Source: Saprolegnia diclina VS20
Taxonomy: Eukaryota
Direction: 5' to 3'
Length of the DNA stretch: 43,050 nucleotides
Assembly (NCBI RefSeq): GCF_000281045.1
Contig: NW_008246101.1
Coordinates: 401,438-444,487, forward strand
The first letter of the stretch is position 1. Each line of letters starts with the position of its first letter. The notes under the pieces are model-generated. The model saw nothing but the letters and a program-made list of their open reading frames with translations, ran no database searches and was not told where the DNA came from. Of the stretch, positions 23,691 through 35,143 are shown one piece after another. The translations under genes were made by a program, and so were the position numbers.

Positions 23691-23973
23691 ATGCTCCGCG
23701 TCGCCGCCCTCCGCACCCTCGGTAGATGCGTCCGCCATGGCTACATGCTAGGCTCATGATGATGCTGATGTAGCTGCCGCCCGCCCGTCGGTCGCCCGCC
23801 CGCTGGCCGCGTCGTTCAGCTCGGCCCCGAAGGCCGGCGAGACCGATGTGGTCATCCCGGACCTCCACGAGACGTTGGAGTGGACCTTGTCGTCGCCGCC
23901 GCCGCTCCATCAGTTTGAGGAGTCGCCGATCATCGTCGAGACGTGGGGCCCCACGGACCCCCACCACCACTAA
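23691..23973 (+). CDS. Nucleus-encoded C-terminal fragment of cytochrome c oxidase subunit 1 (Cox1-c) with a mitochondrial presequence
   Basis: Exon 23691-23721, intron 23722-23773 (GT...TAG), exon 23774-23973 gives 76 aa: MLRVAALRTLAAARPSVARPLAASFSSAPKAGETDVVIPDLHETLEWTLSSPPPLHQFEESPIIVETWGPTDPHHH. LEW...SPPP.H.FEE is the Cox1 C-terminal motif. Confidence 0.85.
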
Positions 23974-24128
23974 ATATGCGACGCTCCGTGCGAACGTGAC
24001 TGTTAGAAGGGTCGGTGAGGTGTTGCCTGCCACGACATAATATACTCTTGATGCTAAACCATCTTCTCTCGGTGGACGCGCATGCTGGCAACGGCGTCGA
24101 GGATGCGGGACACAAGGTGTATTTAGGC

Positions 24129-25645
24129 TTAGTAATCGTCGTCGGCCAGCGCCTTTTGCATGATCTCGACGTCGCGCATGTCCTGCGAGAGCACCTTGGT
24201 GACGTGCTCGAGGCCTTGTCGCTGCCGGTCCATGATCTACATGCGCATGAGCACCTACTCTCAGAGGGCATGGGCATCGTACGCCAAACACGAGGTGCAG
24301 GTCTTGGTCCGAGAGCTGGCATTGCTCCTGGTCCGGGTGGGGCTTGGCCGCCTGCATCGCCTGGAGGGCCATGAGCTCGTTCATGCGGGCCTTGAACTGC
24401 GTCGGGTTGTCGAGCATGCTCGCCACCTTCTTGAGCGTCTCGCTACCCAATGCGTGAGCTCGATTGTGACGATGTGTATTGCGAAAGTACAAGAGTTTGA
24501 CTTCGTCCGCATGCAACGGCTTGCGCAGGTTCTTGAAGACTTCGAGCTTGCGCATGAGCTAGACGCATGCAATGAGCATGGTGCTACAAGATGGGAATAG
24601 GTACCTGGATGAGGCGGTGGAAGAGCGCAGCGTGCTGGTGGCGGCACTGCGCGAGCTTGACGTCGGTGTCGCGCGACGTCTTTTCCATTTCCTTGACCTG
24701 CGTCACCATGTCTTCGGCGTACGTCGCAAACTTGTCGGCGTGCTCCTGCTGCAGCTTGATGCGTGTCGACAGCTCCTTGAAGCCAATGACAGCCGCGGGC
24801 ACGCAGTTGGCCGGGTCCGGGTTGTCGCGCTGCGCTTGTGTCCACAGCTTCTCGCTAATGTGCGCCGGTCGCACGTACAAATGCTTTTGCGCAGGGTCGA
24901 CGGCGTTGTAGAGCATGTGCTTGAAGCGCGACTGCTGCGGGTCCATGTACGCCATGCGGATGCCCGTGAGGCTCTCCATTGGCGAATTGGCCGCCGCCGA
25001 CGTGGCGGCCGCGAGCGCGTTCGTGGCGCCGGGAAATGCGTTGGTCGACGACGCCGCGTTGAGCTGAAAGAGACCGAACGCCGGCGCGGTCGGCGCGGCG
25101 GCACCAAACCCGCCAAAGCCCGATGGCTTGGCCGCCGCATTGCCAAACGAAAAGTTGGACGTCGGGGCGCTACCAAAGCCGCTGCCAAAGCCACCCGTTG
25201 ACGGCGCGGTCGCGCTGTTGCTGCCAAAGCTAAACGCCGACGTGGAGGGCGTCGACGGCGTGGCTGCTGCGCCGCCAAATGAGAAAGCGCCCGCGCTGGC
25301 CGGAGCGGCGGCGGCGCCAAAAGAAAAGCCAGAGCTTGGTGTCGTGGACGCGGTCGTTGCCGTCGACGAGGTGCTGCCAAAGCCAAAGCCACCGGTCGAG
25401 CCCGCTGCAGGCGTCGAGGCGGCGGCGCCAAAGCCACCAAAGGAAGACGTCGGCTGTGTCGTCGCTGCGCCACCAAAGGAGAACCCCGTGGACGCAGGTT
25501 GCGCCGCCGGGGCGCCAAAGCCGCCCGTGGCTGGCGTGCTGCTGCTGCCAAAGGCAGACGTCGAGGACCCCGCGGCCGGCGCGCCAAAGGAGAAGCCAGA
25601 CGCGGCCGGCTGGGCCGCGGGCTGAGCACCGAACGAGCCAAACAT
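24129..25645 (-). CDS. NUP54: FG-repeat nucleoporin Nup54/Nup57
   Basis: FG/FSFG-rich N-terminus; RFKHMLYN.VD...LWTQA.RDNPDP..CVP..VIGFKEL..R; terminal exon QRQGLEHVTKVLSQDMRDVEIM...DY*. Confidence 0.92.
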
Positions 25646-26003
25646 CGTGCTTGCTGTGGGAACGGCGCGGTGTACTCGAGCTTGCGGGGTGGCCGCAATA
25701 AAATACAATTCACGTCATTGCATACTTGTATGAAGAAACATATAAATATCGTTTTATAATACGCCCCTCCGGCTGGTTGGTCCATTTTTCAAGGAGGAGC
25801 TGCGCCACCCATGCGCCAGTCGAGCGCAGCGCGATGGCTGCAACATGGCCTCAGCTTGCACGGTGCTAACCGTAGAGAGCGCATGTGCCATGCGCTTCAT
25901 CAAGCGAGGATGCTGGTCGTGCCACGAGAACGGCCTCTAAAGCCATGCCACGGTGGCGGCAAGCGGCAAGAACGACGTTGTTGGCGGGCGGAACGTGTTT
26001 AAA

Positions 26004-27094
26004 TTAACTAGGTGGGGCGACTTCTTCGATGACGCGGTGGGCGAGCACGTATTTGTGCATGTCTTGTTCCAGGACGACGTGCAGGATAGGGAACTCGACG
26101 ACCGCAAGGCCGCGGAGGTTCTCGGCCATGCTCTTGGCAGGGTCGATCGTAAAGTACTGTGGCGCCGACGCAGCGACAAACTCCTTTCGGAGCAAGAAGC
26201 ACCATGCAGCACGACCTGCCTTCATGTACGGCTTGAGCGTTGTGCGCAGAGCGGCCGTGTCCTAGTTGAACGATGCATGAGGCCCGGGCGATCACATTAT
26301 TGGCATACCACGCGGATCGCCAAGAGATCGTCGAGGAGGTCGTTGAGAGACTTGGATTCATCCCATCGCGCCTGGACGATCTTGGATACTGGCGAGAGGT
26401 TGATGAAATGGAGCTCAAGGCGCCAATGCAGGACGTGGCCCTTGACACACGACGTGTTGGCCTTGCGCTTGGACATGCCGGGCGCGAGGAGGCTCACGTC
26501 GACGCCCTTGTCGATCGCGGCCTTGGCAAAGTTCTGCCACGCTGCTGGGAAGCGCCCGAGCCAATCCGCGGGCAGCTCGGGGTTGGCCTTGGCCTTCTTC
26601 GTGAGCTTCTTGTAGTTGCCTTTCGGCGCCGTTTGCTGCGCTAACGCATTGATCGTGGACGCCGACCGCGCGATTTCTTGCAAGAAGAAGTAATCTACAC
26701 ATACGCTTGAAATGCTATCATGCAGAGCTCGTACGGCGTACCACTCGTGATATCAGCGTCCTTGAACGCGGCCATCGGGATGTACTTGGTGCGATCGCGC
26801 TTCCCGTCGCAGTCGTACTACACAGAAGCTTGCATGAGTTGCATGCCATGGCTACGGCCAGGCGCGTACGTGCGTCTTGTGCTCGAGGCAGCACTTGAGC
26901 GAGCACGTAATGCGCTCGCACTTGGGGCACCGGTACTTGATCTCGAGCGCCGAGCACATGGCGCAGTCGACCTCTTCCCGCTTGCGCTTCTCGCCGCCTA
27001 CGTCGCTGGCCGGCGCAGCTGCATCGTCGGCCGTCACCGGCGCGGGCGCTGCCATCGAGAGGCTGATGCCCTCGGTGATCGGGAGCGACGACAT
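26004..27094 (-). CDS. BCD1: Box C/D snoRNP assembly factor BCD1/ZNHIT6 (zf-HIT), spliced
   Basis: CAMC...KYRCPKC..ITCSLKC.LEHK; CDGKRDRTKYI; DYFFLQEI; LAPGMSKRKANTS...LHWRLE; SMAENLRGLAVVEFPILHV. Confidence 0.9.
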
Positions 27095-27721
27095 CGATTG
27101 CAAGGTGCCACCAAAGATTCAGGCTGCGGCGCTGATTGGCCCGGAGCTACCATCCAATCGTGTAACGGACCGGATGCGCTCCCGGGTTTGCTTTTTCCTA
27201 AGCGACTATTGAAATAGTGTGAAGATACGTTTTGAGTTGCTGTGATGAACTGCAAACCTGAGCAGCAGAGCAGAAGCTGCCAGACTTCCCGCGTTGTCCT
27301 TCCCGGTACGGCCGTGCGTGGTCTTCTTGGTGCTATTACAGTTCCCTCTCGACATGACGGTATGCTTCTACGCTCGACAGCAGGCGCCATGCGATTCAAG
27401 CTCTAGCTTTAGCTGCAGAGGGAGCACACCGGTCTAGTAGGGAGCGAGGATCGACTGCGAATATTTGCCAACCCACCTTGCGCTGTCGCGTCAATCAAAT
27501 GATTGCAGTAGCCCAAGACGGATACAATTACAACCAATGGGCGCGTGGCACGCTTATAGCGAGGCCTGCGATTGGTGTACGAACCAGATTCACGACCTGG
27601 TCGGCTGGTCCAATGCCACTGCGCGTGCGTTCATGCAGGCTTCTTCGCGCGGGGCACGGCTGGATCGGTGCAGTTCCGCTTGGAGCAGCTCACAATCGAA
27701 TTTTGACTCTTCACAACAGCC

Positions 27722-28427
27722 ATGGCCAACACGACCAACGTCCGCGGTATCACNNNNNNNNNNNNNNNNNNNNNNNNNNNNNNNNNNNNNNNNNNNNNNN
27801 NNNNNNNNNNNNNNNNNNNNNNNNNNNNNNNNNNNNNNNNNNNNNNNNNNNNNNNNNNNNNNNNNNNNNNNNNNNNNNNNNNNNNNNNNNNNNNNNNNNN
27901 NNNNNNNNNNNNNNNNNNNNNNNNNNNNNNNNNNNNNNNNNNNNNNNNNNNNNNNNNNNNNNNNNNNNNNNNNNNNNNNNNNNNNNNNNNNNNNNNNNNN
28001 NNNNNNNNNNNNNNNNNNNNNNNNNNNNNNNNNNNNNNNNNNNNNNNNNNNNNNNNNNNNNNNNNNNNNNNNNNNNNNNNNNNNNNNNNNNNNNNNNNNN
28101 NNNNNNNNNNNNNNNNNNNNNNNNNNNNNNNNNNNNNNNNNNNNNNNNNNNNNNNNNNNNNNNNNNNNNNNNNNNNNNNNNNNNNNNNNNNNNNNNNNNN
28201 NNNNNNNNNNNNNNNNNNNNNNNNNNNNNNNNNNNNNNNNNNNNNNNNNNNNNNNNNNNNNNNNNNNNNNNNNNNNNNNNNNNNNNNNNNNNNNNNNNNN
28301 NNNNNNNNNNNNNGTGCCGACCGTGTCGAACGAGGCGGCGGCGACCAAGTTCCCAAAGGGCTTTGAGGTGCAGTCGCTGCCGTCGGGCAAGGGTTACCTC
28401 CGCTTCACACCGGATCCGTCGCCGTAA
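27722..28427 (+). CDS. 1-Cys peroxiredoxin (PRDX6-like), copy 1; interior in gap 27754-28313
   Basis: C-terminus [35 protein letters not shown] matches the PRDX6 tail (..FPKG...LPSGK.YLR.TP.P); ~700-nt span fits ~225 aa. Confidence 0.8.
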
Positions 28428-28854
28428 ATGTCATTGTACGGCAACGAAGCTACGACCGCGTCATGTGTAGTAATTGCAAGCGCCAACGTATTTTGGACAC
28501 GTATTGTCGTTTCTTAGATTCTTAGTCGCACTAGCTCCAACTGCAGTTGCTGGTGGCAACGACCTGTATGCAGCGGCTCGGATTTACCGCTGCTTAGAGG
28601 CGCGGCACGGATACTGCGTGCTGGCGTCAAGACTCATGTTCGCCTCCGTTTTGCGAAGGCAATGAAGGGGGGCCTCACCGTAATGGGCTCGTGACACTAT
28701 ATATATATGAACGTGTTCCGCGTTATCTTCGGTGTTACAAAGACTTGGCATACGTAGAGACTATCTCCTTCACTCACTCACGGACCGAGACTGCGCAGGC
28801 GGCGGCGCGGGGGCTCGTCTGGCTCTTCTGTAGTCGCCCTACGACGCTTGTGGC

Positions 28855-28975
28855 CGCGAGTGAGGCATTTGACTCCTTCTTCCATCGCCGGCAGCTGCGT
28901 CGTCTGCTCGGGATCTTTCACCCGAACACGATTGCCGACGTCGCCTGCCAGTGCTCGCGCCTTCTGGGCCACAGC
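28855..28975 (+). mobile_element. Degraded fragment of an RTE-like non-LTR retrotransposon (region C-terminal to RT)
   Basis: FDSFFHRRQLRRLLGIFHPNTI...RLLGH resembles the LINE/RTE motif L..FH.RCLRRILGI.W...I.N...LGH. Confidence 0.5.
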
Positions 28976-29307
28976 TGCGGCTGGGTCGCGACGTCCCAGC
29001 CAACGTGGCTGCTGACCGCTTCTTCGTGGCATTTATGGTACAACTAAAAGTGAATACGAGTCTTGTGCCCTTCGTGTTGGCCCTCAGCAACTGTTTCGCT
29101 TGACGTAGAAAAAGCCTGCGCTGGGCGACGCAAACCACCGGTCGAGTCTAGAGCCTACCACAAGTCAAAGCCAGCGCCTAGCGTCGCGTGCACGTTTGCC
29201 CATGGCGAAACCGCGCGAAGCGTTACGGGGCCAATACGCAGTTACCGAATCATCCGGATAATCGCACCAGGTCATGCAATCGACCGCAGAATTCATTGCC
29301 AATTGCC

Positions 29308-29978
29308 ATGGCCAACACGACCAACGTCCGCGGTATCACNNNNNNNNNNNNNNNNNNNNNNNNNNNNNNNNNNNNNNNNNNNNNNNNNNNNNNNNNNNNN
29401 NNNNNNNNNNNNNNNNNNNNNNNNNNNNNNNNNNNNNNNNNNNNNNNNNNNNNNNNNNNNNNNNNNNNNNNNNNNNNNNNNNNNNNNNNNNNNNNNNNNN
29501 NNNNNNNNNNNNNNNNNNNNNNNNNNNNNNNNNNNNNNNNNNNNNNNNNNNNNNNNNNNNNNNNNNNNNNNNNNNNNNNNNNNNNNNNNNNNNNNNNNNN
29601 NNNNNNNNNNNNNNNNNNNNNNNNNNNNNNNNNNNNNNNNNNNNNNNNNNNNNNNNNNNNNNNNNNNNNNNNNNNNNNNNNNNNNNNNNNNNNNNNNNNN
29701 NNNNNNNNNNNNNNNNNNNNNNNNNNNNNNNNNNNNNNNNNNNNNNNNNNNNNNNNNNNNNNNNNNNNNNNNNNNNNNNNNNNNNNNNNNNNNNNNNNNN
29801 NNNNNNNNNNNNNNNNNNNNNNNNNNNNNNNNNNNNNNNNNNNNNNNNNNNNNNNNNNNNNNNNNNNNNNNNNNNNNNNNNNNNNNNNNNNNNNNNNNNN
29901 NNNNNNNNNNNNNNNNNNNNNNNNNNNNNNNNNNNNNNNGGTTACCTCCGCTTCACGCCCGATCCATCCTCTGCGTAA
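29308..29978 (+). CDS. 1-Cys peroxiredoxin (PRDX6-like), copy 2; interior in gap 29340-29939
   Basis: Same 35-nt start as copy 1 ([10 protein letters not shown]) and tail [12 protein letters not shown]. Confidence 0.75.
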
Positions 29979-30449
29979 TCGATCTCCGCCGCATCCCACG
30001 TGATTGTGGCGAAGGTGGGATGAGTTCCCACTCTGTACCGAGTCAATAAACATCGCTTGAGCTACCGACCATGCGCTCGACAGGCGCAAGTCTCGCTCCA
30101 TCACGCTGCGCTCGGCGCGCTTCCTCGCGCTGGCGTTGGGCGCCCGTCGCGCAGGAGCCCATGTGTTGGGCTGCTATCTTTTGGTGGCTAGCACGCGCAT
30201 TGATCGTGACCAAGCAAACCACTTGACGACCTTCTTGCAGGCTGCAGTGGTTGCGTGGTAAAAGCCAGTGTTGTGGGAGCCAATCGCAAGCGAGCGTTTT
30301 ATTCGCGTCATATAACAGGCGGCGCCTCGTTTCGCGCCTCTTTTGCATACAAACGCGCAGTGATGTCGCTGGCCACTGGCGATTGGAGCGCGCGTGCGTT
30401 TTTTTCGTCGGAATCCGGATACGCGCAACCAACTTGGTGCGATTCTGTT

Positions 30450-30465
30450 TCATTTCGCAATTTGC
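30450..30465 (+). promoter_or_regulatory. Oomycete Inr+FPR core promoter
   Basis: TCATTTCGCAATTTGC fits the TCAYTYYNCAWTTY consensus, ~180 nt upstream of ATG 30646. Confidence 0.6.
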
Positions 30466-30645
30466 TCGGTAGGAAGCAAGTGAGTAGAGAAGAACAAAGG
30501 TCCGCGGATCTTAAGCTAATCTACGTCGTCGTCGAATCCGTCGCGTCTCACACCCTCGTCTCCTCTTGCGCTGTGCCCGAAGCGCGACCTCCTCGACCAA
30601 ACAACCTCCGTCGACCACCCTCCCTCAACGACGACGACCCCGACC

Positions 30646-31101
30646 ATGAGCAGCATGACGGTCGCCCACCACTTCAAGAAGAAGAAGTGCAAGCGCGGAC
30701 GCACGGCGATGATGGGCCAGAGCGACGCGCCTTCCATGGACCTCGCGCTCGCCGCGCTCAACGTCTCGGAGAAGAAGGACATGTCGGACTATGCGAGCTT
30801 GGCGCCGACGCCAATGGGCTCGCCGATGCACCAGCGCGCCAAGAAGGCGCGGTTTGCGATCGACGGCGACGACTTGGACGACTTTCTCTTCCCGGACGAG
30901 CCGGCCACGAGCGCCCTCCTCATCGTGAGCTCGCGCCTCGAGAAGGAGCTCGCGCGCCGCCTCGTCCAGAAGAAGGAGCGTCAGAAGCAGTCCTCGCTCG
31001 CCAAGCACAAGCAGCAGCTCGGGTACTTTGCGATTGCGACGGCCTTTCAACGGGCCTTCCGCGAGCGCAACCCCGCCGTGCAGCCGCTGGCGCTCGAATG
31101 A
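30646..31101 (+). CDS. Hypothetical basic protein
   Basis: 151-aa ORF with strong codon bias, NLS-like KKKKCKR and an upstream Inr/FPR. Confidence 0.7.
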   Translation: MSSMTVAHHFKKKKCKRGRTAMMGQSDAPSMDLALAALNVSEKKDMSDYASLAPTPMGSPMHQRAKKARFAIDGDDLDDFLFPDEPATSALLIVSSRLEKELARRLVQKKERQKQSSLAKHKQQLGYFAIATAFQRAFRERNPAVQPLALE

Positions 31102-31888
31102 ACCTATTTAGACCCGCCACGTCGCTGCGTTGAAGCGAGTCGCGGGGCCCACCCGGCCCCGATCTCTCCTATCTATTAATCGCAAAATACAATCTTGAAG
31201 CTTCACCCGCCGTGAGGTCCGCGCGTGCCTTTGGCCGCGACGGGCGACGTCCCACTCTGGCCGGCGCCCGAGCTGTCGCGGAAAGGGAACCCAACGGCGG
31301 GCCACCCAAGAAGCCGCCGGACGCCAACCGAGTTGGGATTCGCCGGCGACGCTTCCAGCGCTGCGGCTGCCTTCTTCATTCTCGAACAATATGTATATCG
31401 ACGGGCAATAATATTTATTTGGGGGAAATCCTCTAAAAGTGCATAAACGCCTAACGTTCGACTTGAAGTTGCCGCCGACTGCCGGTGCGAGTAGCCGCGA
31501 CGCCAAGTTCTTATGCATACAGAATTTGTGCTGCTGCCGATGATGGCGAAGGACGCGCGTGACGTGGCGCGACGAGAGGAGAATGTTGGTGGCGAATAGC
31601 TTTGCGACAAAGCTCCGAGAGGGACGCGGCCCTCGCAACCCAAATGGGCGTGAGGCGAAGGAGTAAGTAATGCCACGCATCGACATGCAACATGAGCTGA
31701 AGAGTGGACAGATCACTGAATTCGATAGAGGCATTGAGCGATCCTGCGCAGTCATAGAAGCGAATGGTTGTCGATTGGGAAGGGATAGAAGACGTGTGCT
31801 CGTCACCATTCGAGAGCGACTACGCTTGAAGCCACAACCAACACGAGGCAAGTTGTCACAATCTTTTTTGGAGGTCACGACTCGGTTC

Positions 31889-32356
31889 CTAGTAGCGAAT
31901 GTACTTGAGAAAACACTCGCGGTGCACGAGCACGTCCGTGGTCGTCGATGGCACGCCAAAGTCGTCGTTGTAAAATGCAGATAACGCGAGCAGGTCGGCC
32001 GCCGAGAGCCGATACACGTCGCCCATGCGCGGTGGAAAGTTCGGCGGGAACGATCCTACCGCGCTCGCCGGTGGCGCCACGTACGAGCTGGGAGCGAACG
32101 TGGGCGGCGATGTCCCGGGCTTGGTTTTCGGTAGTGGCGTCAACGCATCGTCTTGGTACGTGATGTGGGTGTTGCGCGATCTAGCTTCGTTGGCAGTCAC
32201 GCGCGCGCGTTCGATTGCAATGTCGACCTTCAAGTTGACCAGTTGCGCCTCGAGGCGACTCATGCGCGCTGCCGTAGTACTGGCCTCCTGCTGCCCGTCG
32301 GCTGGTGCTACGTTGTCGTTCGCTGTATGGTCCATGGCCGGTTTCTGGTTGGACAT
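31889..32356 (-). CDS. Coiled coil + Mug135/DUF1773-like C-terminal domain protein, paralogue A
   Basis: ARSRN...LTPLPKT.PG...VG..P.NFP.....V.RLS...L..L..FYNDDFG...F..YI. Confidence 0.65.
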   Translation of the reverse strand: MSNQKPAMDHTANDNVAPADGQQEASTTAARMSRLEAQLVNLKVDIAIERARVTANEARSRNTHITYQDDALTPLPKTKPGTSPPTFAPSSYVAPPASAVGSFPPNFPPRMGDVYRLSAADLLALSAFYNDDFGVPSTTTDVLVHRECFLKYIRY

Positions 32357-32969
32357 CGTGTTGCTACAGAGGGCTGGATGAGGTTTTGCGGCGGCGGCGG
32401 ATGGCTGAGGAGAAGGTGGCTGCGAACTTTTGTCGACTGCGAAATTTGGCAGCGGCAAAACGCCCGACCAATCATATGCTCTGAAAAATAGATCGACCAA
32501 TCACTGATGAGACCGTTACCCTGGTATTTCGTCCCTCGTGCTTCTCGCAGACAGGTCGGTATGACACTGTCCTCTAGCTCCTCCGGGATCGGGGCCTACG
32601 CGCCAATGAGACTGTAGCCAATGCTTGCTGTACGCACGTCCGGTGCCCCACCAACGCGCTGACAGCAGTCCCAATGACGTGAAGGTCCCGATCTCAGAGG
32701 AGCTAGCCGACAACGCGGGATTGCCTTGCCGCATCAGACTCCAATGTCCACATAGCACAATGGATCCTGACGCCGAAGAACAACGCAGCTTGCAACCGTC
32801 CATTCCGACTCGAGTGATTGACGACAGCCGCTAGCCAACTCTGACGACATCCACCGCAAGACCTGGCGTTGGAACTAAGATCGCGTACATACAAATCGCT
32901 TCTTGTTTCAGCGCATGGAGCGCGCTTCCGTAACACACCTGAACGCTACCATGGTGCACCAAGGGTCTC

Positions 32970-33623
32970 TTAATCTTTGCCTTGGATAAAGTCGAGGAAG
33001 CATCGCTGCATCTTCTCGCGCCCGACGTCGGCGCTGCTGATGCCAAAGTCGTTGTTGTAAAAGCACGCCAGGGACGCGATCGTCGCCTTGGTGAGACGAA
33101 AGACGCTGCGCAGCGAGCGCGGAAAGCCGGCCGGCACGGTGCCGACAGCACTGGGCGATGGCACGACAAAGTCCGGCGGGGCAAAGACCGGGCGCTTGTT
33201 GCCTGGAATCGTCTTGGGCACAGGCTCGTACACGCCGTCGCGGTTGCGGCAGCGCGCATTGCTGGCCCACGCGGTGCGGGCGCGCGCCAAGTTGGCGTCC
33301 ATGCCATCGTCATGGTCGTCTTCCGGCTCGTCGCTCGATGAATCGTTCCCATCTATACGTCGTACTACATAAGAAGAAGCAGTGGAAGGCGATAACATAC
33401 CCGACACGCGTAGCGGAATCTGCATGACAACTTCCATCACGGTCATTTCTTGGGGGGTCATGAAAATGGGCCAGCGCGTCTCGTCGAACTGTGGCAAAGC
33501 TCGCGCAGGAAGCACGTCGAGTAGTCCATCGTCATCGTCGTGACTGGACGCGTTGTATTCGTAGATGGTCTGGGCCAGAATGCCTTCAAGGTCCGTGTGA
33601 CGGTAGCTCGGCTGCATGGCCAT
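32970..33623 (-). CDS. Mug135/DUF1773-like C-terminal domain protein, paralogue B
   Basis: ARCRN...YEPVPKTIPG...VG.VP.GFP.....VFRLT...I..L.CFYNNDFG...F..FI, collinear with paralogue A; possible in-frame intron near 33353-33400. Confidence 0.65.
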   Translation of the reverse strand: MAMQPSYRHTDLEGILAQTIYEYNASSHDDDDGLLDVLPARALPQFDETRWPIFMTPQEMTVMEVVMQIPLRVSGMLSPSTASSYVVRRIDGNDSSSDEPEDDHDDGMDANLARARTAWASNARCRNRDGVYEPVPKTIPGNKRPVFAPPDFVVPSPSAVGTVPAGFPRSLRSVFRLTKATIASLACFYNNDFGISSADVGREKMQRCFLDFIQGKD

Positions 33624-34426
33624 GAGTGCTGTGCGCTCGTTCTCGGTACCGAGCCGTCTCTTGAACAATGAATGCATGGAGCTGCCACGTCGGCCAGCCC
33701 GCAGAAAGTGCAAGTGCACCAATGAGCGATGAGGCCGTTGCGTTCCTCAATCACTTGGGCGCCGTTCAAACCAGATAGAAGGTCTTTCGACGAGTTTCGA
33801 TTGCGAGAAAACCTTGTTCCGTGCAGTGTCCCGATGGCTCAACAGGCAACGAGAGGGCTGATGCACCGTCGACAGCAAACAGTTGACAGCTTTGTCTTTC
33901 TCGCGTCGTCTCCCACCGACCCAAAGCCAGAGCTTACATTTAGCATCTCATGCACCTTGTGCTCGGGACCTCTCTGTCAAAAGTCTCGATAGCACTACTA
34001 ACGTTAGCTCGGCACTGCAATTGACCTGGCAACACCGGTGGTGTTATTATCAGGGCGCGATCTCGTTCGTGCTGCTTGGTGGATCGCCCGTGCCCCAATC
34101 ACGTCCGAGTATCTTGCGTTGACGCACTCTGTCCACCCATGTAGCTTGCGTCCGTTCACGCTGGGACGCCTCGCCCGCATCGGCCTCTTGCCGAGGCTCC
34201 CGGCTCGACCGCTACAAGCGCAGGACGCTGGAATCGCTGGCAGCAATCGCACGATGAGCTGGCACGCTGCAAATGATGCGGCGGATGATTACGCAGGTAA
34301 CGGCTGGCGATAGCCAATCAGCGCCGCGCCTGCCCCGTCCCTCTGCCCGGCATACAAAAAGCAAGATGTCGGCCAGAATCTCGAACGCCCGCGCTGTTTT
34401 TAGGCCAGTCACGGATTCCGGCCAGC

Positions 34427-35089
34427 ATGAAGCTTCTGTGTCTCCATGGAATGTACCAGCGCAGCTGCATCTTCCGCTCCAAGACGGCGCATCTCGGCAT
34501 GCCCGGCGTGGAGCTTGCCTTCCTCGATGGCCCCATCAACCTTGTGCCCAAGGTAGTATCGACCTCGAGCAAGCAAGTGGACACGAAAGGCTTCAAGGCC
34601 TGGTGGGACCCGGCGCAGCCGCTCGCGATGGCCGACCGCGCCCAGCTGCTGCGCTACGTCGGCGACGCAATGGACCGCGACGGGCCGTTCGACGGCGTCC
34701 TCGGTTTCTCCCAAGGCGCGGTCCTCGCCTCGTGGCTCTGCTCCAACTTTGCCAAGCACGAGCTCGGGTGGGCGCCGTCGTTGGCTGTCCTTCTTGGCGG
34801 CTACTGCGACCCGCGCGACGTCGCGTCCATCTTTGAAGGCGGCCTCGTCCCAACTGTCGCATCGTTCCACGCCTATGGCATCAACGACCGCGTCGTATCG
34901 GCGGCCAAGTCGGAGCAGCTCGCTGCGCTCTTCGAGGCCGAGACGCCGGGCCGCGTCACACGCCATGTGCACCAGCAAGGCCACATTATCCCAAAATGCC
35001 CCATGGTCTACGACGCGCTGCAGGACTTTCTTGGCGAGATGGACGAGACAATAGCGCAGCCGCCGCTGCAACAGGCCCAGCAAGCATAA
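34427..35089 (+). CDS. Serine hydrolase, FSH1/OVCA2 family
   Basis: KLLCLHG..Q...F; GPFDGVLGFSQG nucleophile motif; H.YG.ND.VV; H.QGH.IP. Confidence 0.93.
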   Translation: MKLLCLHGMYQRSCIFRSKTAHLGMPGVELAFLDGPINLVPKVVSTSSKQVDTKGFKAWWDPAQPLAMADRAQLLRYVGDAMDRDGPFDGVLGFSQGAVLASWLCSNFAKHELGWAPSLAVLLGGYCDPRDVASIFEGGLVPTVASFHAYGINDRVVSAAKSEQLAALFEAETPGRVTRHVHQQGHIIPKCPMVYDALQDFLGEMDETIAQPPLQQAQQA

Positions 35090-35143
35090 GCTGTCCTGGG
35101 AATACACGCGTGCTTGTACTTGCAAAACGAAAATGGACTTAAG

